Shown: positions 37,233 through 48,918, numbered from the stretch's first letter. The stretch is 64,000 nt of DNA from an uncultured archaeon (GCA_963799775.1 CAWCYD010000003.1:1408001-1472000), one strand, 5' to 3'. The notes: generated by a model not told the origin, from the letters alone. Program-made: numbers and translations.

Positions 37233-38716
37233 ATGCGAGCGAAGTATCTGCTGGTGGGCGTCCTCGCCATCCTGCTCGCGGTGGGGGGTCTCTTGGTCTT
37301 TCTTCAGCCGTCGCAACCCTCAGGTTGCCCAGCGTTCCTCTCCAACAGCGTGCTTAGGACCCAGCTTACCCCCAAGAACTTCGGAGCCATCACCACCTTC
37401 TATCTCCCGGAGCCGCAGAGATGGCCTAACGCCGTCTCGGTGGCGCCGGACGGGTCGGTATGGTTTGGGGAGCAGGCCGTCCCCGCTCTGGCGCATTTCT
37501 ACGCGACTAATGGGACGCTCGTGGAATACACTCTCCCGGGCGCGTATCCCGTGAACTCAGCCCCGGGGTTCAGCTGCGCCGACAAGACGGACATCTGGGG
37601 AGTCGCTTCATGGGATGGGAGGGTCTGGGCCTCGGACTCTGCCCAGAACAGGCTCGTCGGCCTCAGCCCAGAGAACGCCACGTTCAGGGTCGTCTCGCTT
37701 GAAAAGAGCGATTCCGGTCCATACACGCTCACGCCGGGGCCGGGGAACACTCTCTGGTTCACGCAGATCGGGTCGGGCCAGATCGGGACTCTCTTCGGGA
37801 ACGGGACCGTCGCGGAGAACTCCGTGCACGTCCCGGAATATCTGAACGACACCCCGACCCCAGTGGAGGTGCAGGGAGTGCCGGCCCAGATAGCCTTCGC
37901 CAACAGCTCGGTGGGCTACTACGTCGACGCCTCCCCACTCATCAATGGCTCGCCCCTGTTCGAGTTCAATCCTCAGCACTTCTCCCCGCAACGAATCGGG
38001 GCCGCCAATCTGACCCTCTCCGACCCTGACAGCCTCTCGCTCGGGGACGGAGGGATATGGCTGGCGCAGCACGCGGATTCGAGCCTCGCCTTCTATGACA
38101 CGAGTGGTCACGCATGGGCTGTGTATCCGACGTCGACAGTCCCCTACATCGGGACGACGCTCCCGTATTTCGTCGAGACGAACGGGTCGTCGGTCTGGTT
38201 CAACGAGCATTATGGCAACAGGATCGCGGTGCTCGATCCTTCGACGCGGTCTCTGACGGAGTACAGCGTCTCCGACCCTCAAGCGAGCAACATGTCCCAG
38301 TTGGCCAACGTCCTGACTTTCGCGGCAGGCGGGGGAGGGCGTGGTTCACCGAGACGACTGGAAACGCAATCGGCTTTGTGGATGCTGCATACCAACCCTC
38401 GTTCGCCATATCCGAGAACGACTCGAGCCTCTCCCTCAAGCCCGGACAGAGCACCTCGCTCCAGGTCGAGCTCTCGGAGAACTCCTCAACCCCGCTCTCC
38501 ATCGGGCTCGCGTCTACAGGGCCTGGGGCCGCGAGGGCAGGGGGCATCACCCTCAATTCAAGTCAGAGGTCGTTGCCATCTTTCGGAGGCAGCAGCTTGG
38601 TGGTGACTGTCGATATCAGCGCCAACGCTTCGCCAGGGAGCTACACATTGATGGTGACTGCGGGCGACGGGTTGGTCTGGCGCTCGGTCTACGTCGATCT
38701 CACCGTGACTGTCTGA
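37233..38716 (+). CDS. Secreted Vgb-like beta-propeller with a C-terminal Ig-like domain; frameshift near 38335
   Basis: Repeats VAPDGSVWFGE, PGNTLWFTQ, VWFNEH.GNRIAVLDP, AWFTE..GNAIG. Confidence 0.82.
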
Positions 38717-38820
38717 ACCCTGCACCGGCCCGTCTCGTTGGTTCTCATGTCTGAGAATCGCCTAGGGGCTTAATACATCAGCGCGCTCGCGCTGACCATT
38801 CACCTAGGACTAGAAAATTG

Positions 38821-39051
38821 ATGGCGGAGACAACCAGAACCGAGTGGATTCAGCTGCCCGTCGATAATGTGTCCTACGACGTGAGGATCGATTGGTATGG
38901 CAAGTCGGGTTACGTGACCCCTCACCGCAGCGGGATCCCACTCGGCCTTCCGATGCCATGTAGGAGCGTGGAGCACGCGAAGTCACTCTCGAAGGAAAGG
39001 GTCCGCGACTTCCTCAGGACCGCCACGGATGTCTACTACAACCCCCGATGA
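38821..39051 (+). CDS. Hypothetical protein
   Basis: Short ORF with a TTAATA box upstream. Confidence 0.5.
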   Translation: MAETTRTEWIQLPVDNVSYDVRIDWYGKSGYVTPHRSGIPLGLPMPCRSVEHAKSLSKERVRDFLRTATDVYYNPR

Positions 39052-39095
39052 ATAGCCATTTGAAGCAGCGTGTTTCTCTGGCTCACGACGCTTGA

Positions 39096-39347
39096 ATGGC
39101 CGTCTGCGAGAACTGCAGGAAGAGAGAAGCCACCCTCGCATGCCTCCTCTGCCGAAGGAGCCTCTGCAACCAGTGCTTCGACGCGCACATCCTCCCGTTG
39201 ACCGATGACATGGACGAGGGGTTTGCGGGGGCCACTGAGGAAGAGGTTGTCAATGACCAGCCGGTGGTGTGCGAGGTCTGCGGGCAGAGGGTCGAGTCGA
39301 AGGACAAGGACGACCACCTCTTCGAGGCGCACGGAATCACGATCTAG
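39096..39347 (+). CDS. Small Zn-finger protein (B-box-like plus C2H2)
   Basis: CENC..CLLC..LCNQC...H; CEVC...H..H. Confidence 0.7.
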   Translation: MAVCENCRKREATLACLLCRRSLCNQCFDAHILPLTDDMDEGFAGATEEEVVNDQPVVCEVCGQRVESKDKDDHLFEAHGITI

Positions 39348-39450
39348 AGAGGCAGGGCCGCGCTGGGCTCAGAGCTTGACGGCTTCCATCACGAGGTTAG
39401 GGGCACTTCGAGGAACCCAGGGCGCTTTCAGTTGAATTGTCTGGCGCGTG

Positions 39451-39936
39451 TTACCTTCGGGCCGATTCCTTGTTCGTGAGCCTCCGGACTTCACCTCGCT
39501 CGTAGGGGAAGACGACCCAGCTCTCGACGACGCCGAGAGAGAAATCTGGGCGGACGGAGCTCCAGGGCTTCGTGAACAAGGCGGCTGTCTTGACTGATTC
39601 TGGGTCTTTCGTCACCAGGTACTCCGTGACGGTGCTCATCGTGTCGCCCTCGTCGACGATGTCATCGACGAGCAAGACCTTCTCGTCCTTGATGTCCTGT
39701 GTGACGGTGGTCAATATCTTGGGTCGCGTCCTCTTCCCGATCCCGTCGTAGGACTTCACGTTGATGAAGTCGACCCTGGCGCCGAGCCTGTCCGAGACGA
39801 CCATCGCGACAGGGAGCCCGCCCCTCGCAATCCCGATCACCAGGTCGAACTCGATGTGGCGCGCGGCCACCTTCTTGGCGAGCTTCTCGAGCAAGGCCCC
39901 GTACTCCGCCCACCCGAGGTAGCGAAGCTTGGGCAA
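39451..39936 (-). CDS. Purine phosphoribosyltransferase
   Basis: GIARGG, VLLVDDIVDEGDT, WVVFPYE. Confidence 0.9.
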   Translation of the reverse strand: MPKLRYLGWAEYGALLEKLAKKVAARHIEFDLVIGIARGGLPVAMVVSDRLGARVDFINVKSYDGIGKRTRPKILTTVTQDIKDEKVLLVDDIVDEGDTMSTVTEYLVTKDPESVKTAALFTKPWSSVRPDFSLGVVESWVVFPYERGEVRRLTNKESARR

Positions 39937-40029
39937 CGGAAGTCCGCGAGTCAGGGTGGCGCTAAAAAGTCTTCAAGCGGACTCCGGCCGAATCGGTTCC
40001 CAATCGTTTAATATCCAAAACCGCCCGTC

Positions 40030-40616
40030 AACACTCACGAAGAAGAAGGGCCGCCTGCTGATCTTCTGCGGCATCCCCGGTAGCGGCAAGACCACCATCG
40101 CTCGCCTCGTGGCCAAGAGACTGGGAGCGGCGGTCCACGTCCAGACCGACACGATAAGGTTCATGATAGCGGCGCCCGTATACAACTGGCCGGAGGCCCG
40201 GTTCGTCTACGAGTCAATGTTCTTGGTGGGTCGTGGGGGCCTGAAACGGGGATATGATGTCATACTGGACGGTGACCTTCCTCAAAGAGGACTACAGGAC
40301 GGAGGCGACGCACAAGCTCTCCCGCCACTACTCAGTGGCGGTCGTCGTCTGCGTCGTCTGCAAAGAGGACGTCGCCCGTGCCCGGAACGCGATGCGGAAC
40401 GCCGTCGTCCCAGAGGAGTCCTTCAAGAGGTTGAGCGCGTCATTCGAGATGCCCAAGAAGGGATTAGTCGTCCACTCCGATGAGATGTCCCAGGAGAGCG
40501 CCGCGGAGAACATCCTGGAGAGGCTGGAGAAGATCCGGGCCTGGAGGGCGAACGCCCCGGGGACTCCCATTGCGCAGGCCTCGACGACGCGATCGACGTG
40601 GCCGCGGAGTGCGTGA
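40030..40616 (+). CDS. P-loop kinase (AAA_33-like); frameshift near 40272, start uncertain
   Basis: CGIPGSGKTT, QTDTIR, DVILDG; paralog of 28179..28742. Confidence 0.8.
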
Positions 40617-40723
40617 GGCGCCTCTCCACGAGGCGGAGACGAGGGCCTCGAGGGTGACGCTACGCCGCATGGCTTCGGCAGGAGCAGAGCGCCTAAATAA
40701 TCAGCATCGCTCGATTCGAACCG

Positions 40724-41362
40724 ATGCCCTACATCGCAGCCGTCGAAAGGCCCGCGCTAGACAAGAAGGTGGAAGCTCTCGCTGAAGAGCTCAGCAGCAC
40801 GCTGGCGCGCGGAGAGAACAAGGAGACGGAGGTCTCTGTCATCTACAAGCAGGCCTTCGTCGCCATCGGACGGGGACTGCTCCAGCTGGAGAGGGGCAAG
40901 TCGGTGAGGGCTCCAGGCCACTCGAAGAACCTGGTTATCGAGATATTCGGGAAGCCGGAGACCCAGGGCAGGGGCGCTTGGCTCGGCCGGCTCAACTACT
41001 CGGTGACGCGCCTGATCCAGGAGGTCTCCAAGAGCATGGTCGAGAAGGGGGTCTGGAAGGAAGAGTTTCGGTATTGGCTCTACGCCGTCACTGTCGGGGC
41101 GTTGACACGGGCGGCGATGGAGATCCACGACTCGGAGGGGGAGGGCTGGCCCATCGACGGGGTGGTCGGCGTTCTGATAGACGTCAAGGACGAGTACAAG
41201 CGGCGGGTCAACTCGGCGTATGAGACGGTCCAGATCAAAAAGGCCGGGGACTGCTACACCACCCCGTACAGGACCGAGCTCTCCGAGGTGAAGGACGGCG
41301 CGGGGAAGGTCGTGGGCTACACCGAAGTCATGAATGAACCTTCGAAGCAAGCGCTGACGTAG
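40724..41362 (+). CDS. Alpha-helical protein resembling the DUF6899 family
   Basis: MPYI...R, GRLNYSVTRL, GVL.DVKDEYKRRV..AYE...K.GD. Confidence 0.6.
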   Translation: MPYIAAVERPALDKKVEALAEELSSTLARGENKETEVSVIYKQAFVAIGRGLLQLERGKSVRAPGHSKNLVIEIFGKPETQGRGAWLGRLNYSVTRLIQEVSKSMVEKGVWKEEFRYWLYAVTVGALTRAAMEIHDSEGEGWPIDGVVGVLIDVKDEYKRRVNSAYETVQIKKAGDCYTTPYRTELSEVKDGAGKVVGYTEVMNEPSKQALT

Positions 41363-41368
41363 AGATTC

Positions 41369-42654
41369 TCAGCGAAGACGGGAGAGTCTTGAGACGACGA
41401 GCGGGATCATGAGCTCTCTCGGCGAGAGGCCCCCGTGATGGCCGCGCAGGTCGAACCTGTCTCCCCTGGCATACCTATACCACACGAGGTTGCTGTCCTT
41501 GGGAAGGACCATCAGGTTCCCGGTCCTCTCCATGAAGCGAGGGGTGGGCTTGTTCAAGCCGAAGACTCCCGCCTTCATGGCGTCGCTCGTCTGGAGCGTG
41601 ACCGCCTTGGGCCCGAGATGGCGCTCGAGATTGGACTCCACGCTTTCCAAGCTTCGCTCCTTGACGGAGAGGTAGACGTCGCGGGCGCTGCCCCATGGAG
41701 GGATCCTCCTTCCGGCCGGGCTGCGCTCTAGGGCCCTCATCAAAGGCCTCATCCCGTTGAGGTAGGTGGTCGACTCGGGGTCGACGGCAAGCTGTCCATG
41801 GTCGGCCGTGAGCAGGAGCAGGGTCTCGGAAGCGGCCCTCGGCGAGAGCCTTTCAACAAGCTCCGTCTGGAGGACATGGCTCAGGAGGGATATCTCGGAG
41901 ACCGACTCCTCGGAGCCAGGCCCGTAGACGTGGCCTATCGTGTCAACCCTCTCCCAGTACACGTGGAAGTATGTGCGCCGCTTCGCGGCCTCGATCCGTC
42001 TCCGAAGCGATGCCATCAGGTCGGACGAGGTGATGAAGGGGACGACCTCGCTCCCCGCAAGGGAGAGCTTGGAGTAGGCGGTTCTTGCGATCCCGGAGCT
42101 GACGAAGCTGACGCAGTCGACTCCGTTCTTGCGCAGGGCCCTCCGGATGCCCGTCCCTGTGAACAGCCTGCGGGGGTCGAGCTTCCCGACCAGTCTGTCC
42201 CTCCCCTTGTCACCGACCTCGGAGAAGGGCAATGTCGCGATGACCCGGTCGATCTCCTTCATGTAGACGAACCACTCTGGCAGCCCGTGCTCCTGCGGCG
42301 TGAGCCCCGTCGAGAGCGAGGTCAGCGCGGCCGCCGTGGTGGAAGGGAAGACGGATGTGATCGGGGCGAGGCTTCCTCGGTCCGCGGCGCGCTGGAAGAA
42401 GGCCATGTCGTCTAGCTGATCTTTGACGTCGTAGTAACCTAGGCCGTCCGCTATGAAGAGGACGATCTTCTCCGGTTCTCCTCGACGGCGAACTCCTTCC
42501 GCGGGATCGTCGGCCTCTTGGTCGGTACCCCGAACAGCGAGAGGATGGTGGAGGGGACGTTCGCGAGGTTGTAGTCCTCGTAGGATGGCCGCAGGAACTC
42601 GTCGAAGACCTTACGAGAGAGGAGCTTCTGTTCGACTTCTTGCCCTGGAGGCAA
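41369..42654 (-). CDS. Alkaline phosphatase-superfamily nucleotide pyrophosphatase/phosphodiesterase; frameshift near 42475
   Basis: FIADGLG, SVFPSTTAAA, DTIGH, TADHG, GHHGG. Confidence 0.88.
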
Positions 42655-42665
42655 ACCTGCTCACT

Positions 42666-43398
42666 CTAGGGCGGGATCAAACGAGGCTTTGAGACGGCCT
42701 CGAATATCGCAAGGGCTCCTTTCGCTGCAAACGGCTCGAGCTCCTTAGCGGGCATGAGCGTGCCCTGCGATTTTATCACGAGGCTGTTGCTGAGCATGAG
42801 TAGGGCGGCCGTCTTGAAGCCTCTCATCAGGCCTAGAGTGAAGAGCGTAGCGCACTCCATCTCCACCGCGATGACGCCCCTGTGGACCCAACGCTCGAGG
42901 GATGCGAGTGGCCTGGGTGTAGAAGGAGTCGCTCGAGAAAACGAGCCCTTCGCGCGACCTGAGCTTCGCCTTCTTGCAAGCCTGAATCAGCCTGTAGGTC
43001 AGGTCGATGTCTGGGACCGCGGGAAGGAAGCCGTCGTCGACGTAGGCTTGCAGCGAGCCTCTGGGGTACGCGGCTCCAGTCGCAATCACGAAATCGCCTG
43101 TCCCAAGGCCCTTGACGAGCGCGCCCGCCGTCCCGAACCTGATTATCGTCTTCGCGCCTAACATGTGCAGCTCCTCGAAGACTATCGAGGCGGAAGGCCC
43201 TCCAATCCCATGCGCGGCGACGGTCAATCGCGTCTTGCCGTAGTAGCCCGTGTAGGTCGTGAAACCCCTGTTCGAGTTGACCAGCTTCGCGTCCTTCAGC
43301 AGCCTTGACAGCTGCTCGACCCTCTCGGGGTCGCCTGAGGTTATTGCTATCTCGGCGATGTCCCCTGGTCCTGCGAGGATGTGGGCCGGGAGATGCAC
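42666..43398 (-). CDS. Purine/uridine nucleoside phosphorylase (DeoD-type); frameshift near 42905
   Basis: GDPER, HGIGGPS, IRFGTAG, SSDSFY, EMECATL. Confidence 0.9.
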
Positions 43399-43560
43399 GC
43401 CGAGCGTGCCAGCGGTCGTGTAATAAATCGTGAAAGTCAACTTGTTTGCTGGAGGGGTCAGCCAAGGCTCAACTCCCTCGAGCGTCCTGGAGGGGCTCCC
43501 GATGGAGGAAGCGGTGGCCGTCGGATTCATAAGCTGAAAAGACCAAAGGAGGTCCCGAAG

Positions 43561-44430
43561 ATGGCGGCCACCAAGCAATCCAGGCCCCAGCGAGCGTCCG
43601 CGAAAGCGAAAGGGACCCCGGAGAAGAAGGGCCGGGAGATCAAGGTCGTCCTCTTCGACTACGGCGGGACGCTCTTCAAGTCCACAAGGCCGTGGCATCT
43701 GGTGAGGGCAGAGGGCCTGGCATCGGCGCACCGCCACCTGACCAAGAACGGCTTGACGATGAGCGTCGAGAAGTTCTCCGAGTTCGGCGACTCGGTATTC
43801 AAAAAGTACCAGGAGCTCGAGACGAAGGAGGACAGGGACATCTCAGACCTGATCAAGTACCAGGAGATAGTAGACGGGCTGCTCCCTCACCTTCCAAGAG
43901 GAACGAGGGCCAGACTTGCGCTGGAGGCGAACAGGGCCTTCTGGGAGACGGCGACCAAGCACTACCTCATACGGAAGGGCGCCCGCCGTGCGCTAGCGAA
44001 GCTAAAGTCCAAGGGGCTTCGGATGGGGGTCGTCTCGAACCACCACGACTACGAGTCTCTGATAAGCCACCTCGAGGCCTCGGGGATAAGGGGCCACTTC
44101 GAGGTCATCCTCGCCTCGGAGAAGGAGGGGGTCAGGAAGCCGAACAAGGCGATCTTTGTAAAGTCGCTGAAGGCGATGCGGGTCGAGAGCGAGCACGCGA
44201 TATTCGTGGGAGACTCTCCGAAGCACGACATAATGGGAGCCCGCGGGGCGGGGATCACCGCCATCCTGATAGACGACGGCGAGCACGGGGACAGGCGGGC
44301 CGCTCTCACGGCGCACAAGGAATCAGGGGAGAGGCCCGACTTTGTGATTGACGACCTGCTCGCACTTCAAGAGATCGTGGACCGGCTCAGAGGGAATTCC
44401 GAAGAGAAAGAGGCGACCGAACGGCAGTAA
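43561..44430 (+). CDS. HAD-superfamily hydrolase
   Basis: FDYGGTL, VVSN, KP, FVGDS..HDI.GA. Confidence 0.88.
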   Translation: MAATKQSRPQRASAKAKGTPEKKGREIKVVLFDYGGTLFKSTRPWHLVRAEGLASAHRHLTKNGLTMSVEKFSEFGDSVFKKYQELETKEDRDISDLIKYQEIVDGLLPHLPRGTRARLALEANRAFWETATKHYLIRKGARRALAKLKSKGLRMGVVSNHHDYESLISHLEASGIRGHFEVILASEKEGVRKPNKAIFVKSLKAMRVESEHAIFVGDSPKHDIMGARGAGITAILIDDGEHGDRRAALTAHKESGERPDFVIDDLLALQEIVDRLRGNSEEKEATERQ

Positions 44431-44556
44431 CTTGTGCCCATTTTCGGGCACATCTCAGACTTGAATTGCTCTTGTCTAAGATTGTTTCTGCCGTTCGTTC
44501 GGTGTATGAGCACGGCGGAGCTCTATTAGACTATGCGAAGATGGTTACCTAGCGAT

Positions 44557-45065
44557 TCAGAGATGGTCGCCGTATGAGCTCGTCGATTGCAGTCGCTGGC
44601 TGAGCTTGTTGCCCAGGGCCCACTTGAAGAAGAACGCCGTGGCCAGGTTGCCCAGCAACATGACCGCAACCACCGCGGCCCCCACCAGCAGCGGCATCCC
44701 CGAGGTGGCGGGGAGGAAGACCTCGATGATGTTCTTGATGCCGTTGTAGATGGGTATCGACTCGAGCGAGAAGCTCCCGAATATCGCGAAGACGACCGCG
44801 TACTGCACTCCCGAGAAGGTCCAGACCACAGCGGTCAGGATGGAAGTGAACTGGACGGGGGTGAACGGGAGCATCAGGAAGGCGAGCATCCCGCAAAAGA
44901 AGGTCCAATGCCTGGAGACGACCCGAGGCGGCTTGATCGCGACAATCGACCGCGACGACGCCATAGGAATCTACCTGTGAAGTGTTCTGACTCGATATAA
45001 GGCATGTGAAGGCAAACTTCCTGTCTCCAGGCCGAGAACCCATTCCTCAGGAGTCCTAGGGTCAC
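44557..45065 (-). CDS. Hypothetical membrane protein; probable frameshift near 44965
   Basis: Three to four hydrophobic segments. Confidence 0.5.
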
Positions 45066-45108
45066 GTCTGCCTGAATTCATATCAAAAATCGGGAGACGA
45101 ATCTGCTC

Positions 45109-45270
45109 ATGAGACTTGAGGCGAGGGGTCGGTCTGCTCTCTCAACTTCGTTTGGGGCGGCCATCGTGATAGCGGTCATCATCATAGTAGGGCTGGCCGT
45201 GTACGCCACACAGTCGGGGAATGGTGCGAGCGGCACTACGTCGTCGCACAGCAGGATCGAGGTCAGTCGT
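45109..45270 (+). pseudogene. Truncated gene with a class III signal peptide
   Basis: MRLEARGRSA|LSTSFGAAIVIAVIIIVGLAVY then a Ser/Thr linker running into the antisense of the response regulator. Confidence 0.4.
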
Positions 45271-45779
45271 CAGAGAGATCTCGGCGGAGACGCCCAGCCT
45301 CCGTGCGTTGCGCCCTCTATGGCTCGGGCGAGCTCCGCTGAAGAGAACGGTTTTTGGAGGAAGCCGAGCCCTGCGGCGACTGCTTCGTCCCTTGCCGTGT
45401 CGTCCGCAGTGACGATGATCACCCTAGTCTCTGGCCCCAGACGGAGTATCTCTTGAGCCGCTTGGATCCCGTTCATCACGGGCATCCTATAGTCCATGAG
45501 CACTAGCTCCGGCCTGACCCCGCCTTCGCGGAAGGCCTTCACTATCTCTTCGCCATCGTGCGCCTGAAACTCGACGCGATGGCCCATGCTTACCACGAGG
45601 AGCGAGAGCAACGAGAGGAGCTCATCGTCATCCTCGACAATCGCTATCTCGCGTCCGTGATGTTGGGTCTCAGAGACCGTCCTTGCCTCGTTCCTCGGTC
45701 CGTCTCTGCGGGCTTCCGACGGGCCGCCGTCCCGTCCCCTGCGGACGGGATCCCTCGTCGGGGACCCGAGCACTGTCAT
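45270..45779 (-). CDS. Single-domain response regulator
   Basis: IVEDD, LMDYRMPVMNG, VTA, QKPF; ATG overlaps the kinase stop. Confidence 0.9.
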   Translation of the reverse strand: MTVLGSPTRDPVRRGRDGGPSEARRDGPRNEARTVSETQHHGREIAIVEDDDELLSLLSLLVVSMGHRVEFQAHDGEEIVKAFREGGVRPELVLMDYRMPVMNGIQAAQEILRLGPETRVIIVTADDTARDEAVAAGLGFLQKPFSSAELARAIEGATHGGWASPPRSL

Positions 45780-48096
45780 CAACCTTGAGGAAGCCATAGC
45801 TCTATCCTAGCCCCCTGTTTGTAGTCGCCTTCCACTCTGTCCGACATCTTCACCCGTCCGGCGTAGCGCTCCACCGCAAGCGCATAGACGATCGAGAGAC
45901 CGAGGCCTGTCCCGCTCGCTCCCTTCAGGTATCGTGTGAAGAGTTTGCCCTTGATAGTGTCAGGGACCCGCTTCCGTGGTCTGAAATCGATACCTTCCAG
46001 AATCGACCTGGCCTGTCCTCGAGCGACGCCGCCTCCACGCTCACTTCGAGCGGGACCTTCTTGCCCTCAGTGTGATTTATCGAGTTGGAGAGCACGTTCG
46101 TGAACACCTCCTCGAGCATCTCGTCGGCGACGACCCGCGCGTCCTTCTTCAGCACGAGCGAGGGCGCTATCGACTTTTCCGGATGGGCTGCGGTCATGAG
46201 CGCCATCGAATTCCTGATCGCCTCGCTCAGGTCGACTGATGCGAGATGGAGTTCCTCCTGCGACATTATCCTCCCTAGCTTCTTCGCCTTGTCCGTCAGC
46301 TTGCCCGAGCCTTCGGTCGCCTTTAGGATGGAGTCGATCAAGCCGTTCGCATCGCCGAGGGCCTTGAGGTCGGCGTCGAGCTCCGTCCTTGCGCGCTCGG
46401 CTCCGGCCTCGGCGTCGCTGGAAGCAGGGCGCGAACTCTCTATCGCCGAGAGCGCGTCCTCGACCCGGCTCACCTTCCCATCCAGGCTGCTCTTGAGAAG
46501 CTCGGCGCTCAGCTTTGAGATCTGGTTGTAGTTCCTGATGTCGTGCGCCAGGATGTCCTGCAAGAGCTCGGCGGTCCTTCTGCTCTTCTTCTCCCTGTGG
46601 AGCGCGTTCTCCAAAAGCGACTTGAGCTCTACCTCCTCCCACATTCGCTCGAAGAATCGAATGTTGGCCAAGACGGTGGAGTTCCGAGTGGAGAACGTCG
46701 CGTCGCCGATCGCGCTCTCGAACTCCGCCTGCGTCTGGTCCTTCTCTTCGACAACAAGGGAGGCCACCCTGTCGATGACCAAGATGGTGACCGTGTTCGG
46801 AATCACGGCCTCCGAGATGTTCCTGAATCTCAGGGGGGAACCGTCTATCGACGAGAGATCCTCCATCGCCGAGAGGGCCTTCGCCACCGATGGGTCCACC
46901 GGGGTGAGCACCCGGGCCCGGGCCCCATGGCTCAGCGCCTTCTCTATCGCGGCTATCGCGCCTATCTTCTCCAGTCTGTGGAAGGCGTTCGTCGTCGGAA
47001 GAAGAAGCAGGATCTCGCTCCTCGAATGGTCGATCTGCTCGAGGAACACCTCACGCACCCTAGACCTGTCCCTGAACACGCGCAACCTTGGAGGCTCGAT
47101 TCCGCTCTCGACCTGGGCTATAGCGTCTTCCAGCGGAACCGCGTTCTCCCAGAACATGTCGAAGACGGCAGCGACCCACTCCACCATCTGGACGTCGGTC
47201 GAGATCAGTCCGGACAAGGCCACCTCCACCGAGTCGGAGCCCGGGTTCTCGGGGTATTGCTCGATGAGTCCCATCCCTCTCCTGTCGTAGATTCCAATGG
47301 CGAGCTTGAAGCGTTCTCGAGAGGCGGGCCTTCGGACCTCCACGTCCTTCTTGTGCAGACGCCTCACGAGCTCGATTTCATCTCTGGAAAACCTCGCCAA
47401 GATCCTCGCCGTCGCGCTGACCGCCTGGGCTTTCGCAGCTACCCGCTCGAAGAACTCCATGTTCCGCTTCAACCCGTCTTCGGTGGGAACGAAGATGAGA
47501 GCCTCGTCCTTCATCTCTTTAACGAACTTGTTCGCGGACTCGAAGATCTCCCGGCTGCTGAAAGTGAGCCTAGTCTCTCCGGGTTGCATCTGTTTCTGCA
47601 GTTGCTTGAACCTGATTCTGGCCGGTATGCCCTTCTCCCAGAGGACGTCGAACATGAACTGGCTCTCGTCGACGATTTCAGGGATGTTGCTGTGGATGAT
47701 CTCAGGGATCTCGGAGCTCCTGGGACGAGACGAAGAGCTCCGGATGTAGTCGCCGTCGGTCACAGAGAAGTTCCCCCGGACGCTGTCAAGGTGCCTGATC
47801 TCGATTGGAAGGGACGTCAGATTTCGACAGAGGCCCGAGTTGCGCCCAGTGATCTCTGTGATCAGCCTGAGCCTCACACCCCGTGCGATGGCTGCTCGTG
47901 CAAGCTCGGGATACTCCCCTTGCCCGAACCGGGCCAGCGCGTCTGGCTCGACCAGCGAGGAGATGTGCTCCGTCGCTCTCTCGATCGAGTCCCTGACCAG
48001 GGCCCTCACTTCGTCTTGCCCACGGACGATCTCCGTGAGGCTGGCGCCGCCTGCTTGCTGCCTGCGAAGTTGCCCTCGATGACCTGCGCGTGGCAA
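45779..48096 (-). CDS. Cytoplasmic histidine kinase with repeated TrmB/PLD-like input domains; frameshift near 45968
   Basis: HDIRNYNQ H box, NVLSNS, DHG.G, GTGLGLSIV; repeated R.IT...F..LW units. Confidence 0.9.
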
Positions 48097-48377
48097 ACGC
48101 TTACGGTCCCCAGTCGCCCATTTGGCCTAATAAGGCCCTATAGAAGATTCTTCTGATTTTGCAATAAGTGTTCTTGGAAGGCGGGGCAGCCCTCAAGTCC
48201 CACGCCTCCGGAGAGGGCGAGAACACGCCCCTGTTTGTTGCGGCTACCATCGCGCAAATCACCGGTTGGGCCTTCATGCTCAAGTGGTTGCTCAACAAAT
48301 GACGGCTCTGACGGGGCACGCGCTCCTTCCCGAAAAGATTCATTAGCAGACCAAAGGTTCATCCGGCTGCCGGCGCA

Positions 48378-48918
48378 TTGATCCCAAAGCAACTCTTCCT
48401 CACAAAGGGCGTCGGCACACACAAGGAAAAGCTCCAGTCCTTCGAGCTCGCGCTGAGGGACGCGGGGATCCAGCACTGCAACCTCGTCCAGGTCTCGAGC
48501 ATCGTCCCCGTGGGCTGCAAGGTCATCCCGAAGGAGAAAGGGCGGGTGATGCTCACGCCAGGCGAGGTGACCTTCGTGATGCTAGCGAGGAACTCGACGC
48601 GCGAGCCGAACCGGCTGGTCGCGGCAGCGGTCGGGTTGGCCATCCCCTCGACGAAGACCTACGGCTATATCTCGGAACACCACGCCTTCGGACAGACGGA
48701 GGACACGGCCGGAGACTACGCCGATGGACCTGGCAGCGACCATGCTCGCCACCACGATGGGCATCCAGTTCAACCCGACGACGGCTCGGCGGGAGAGAGA
48801 GCAGCTCTTCAAGTCGAGCGGTATGATAATCAGGACGTCGCACGTGGCTCAATCCGCCGAGGGCGACAAGAACGGGCTTTGGACTTCGGTCGTCGCGGCC
48901 GCGGTGCTCATCCCGTAG
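48378..48918 (+). CDS. pdaD: Pyruvoyl-dependent arginine decarboxylase; frameshift near 48724
   Basis: [39 protein letters not shown]. Confidence 0.9.

Noticed and set aside
46538-48156. Long antisense and alternative-frame ORFs (e.g. 537 aa at 46543; also 12717, 51675, 59781)
   Set aside because: Shadows of GC-rich genes with clear motifs on the other strand or frame.
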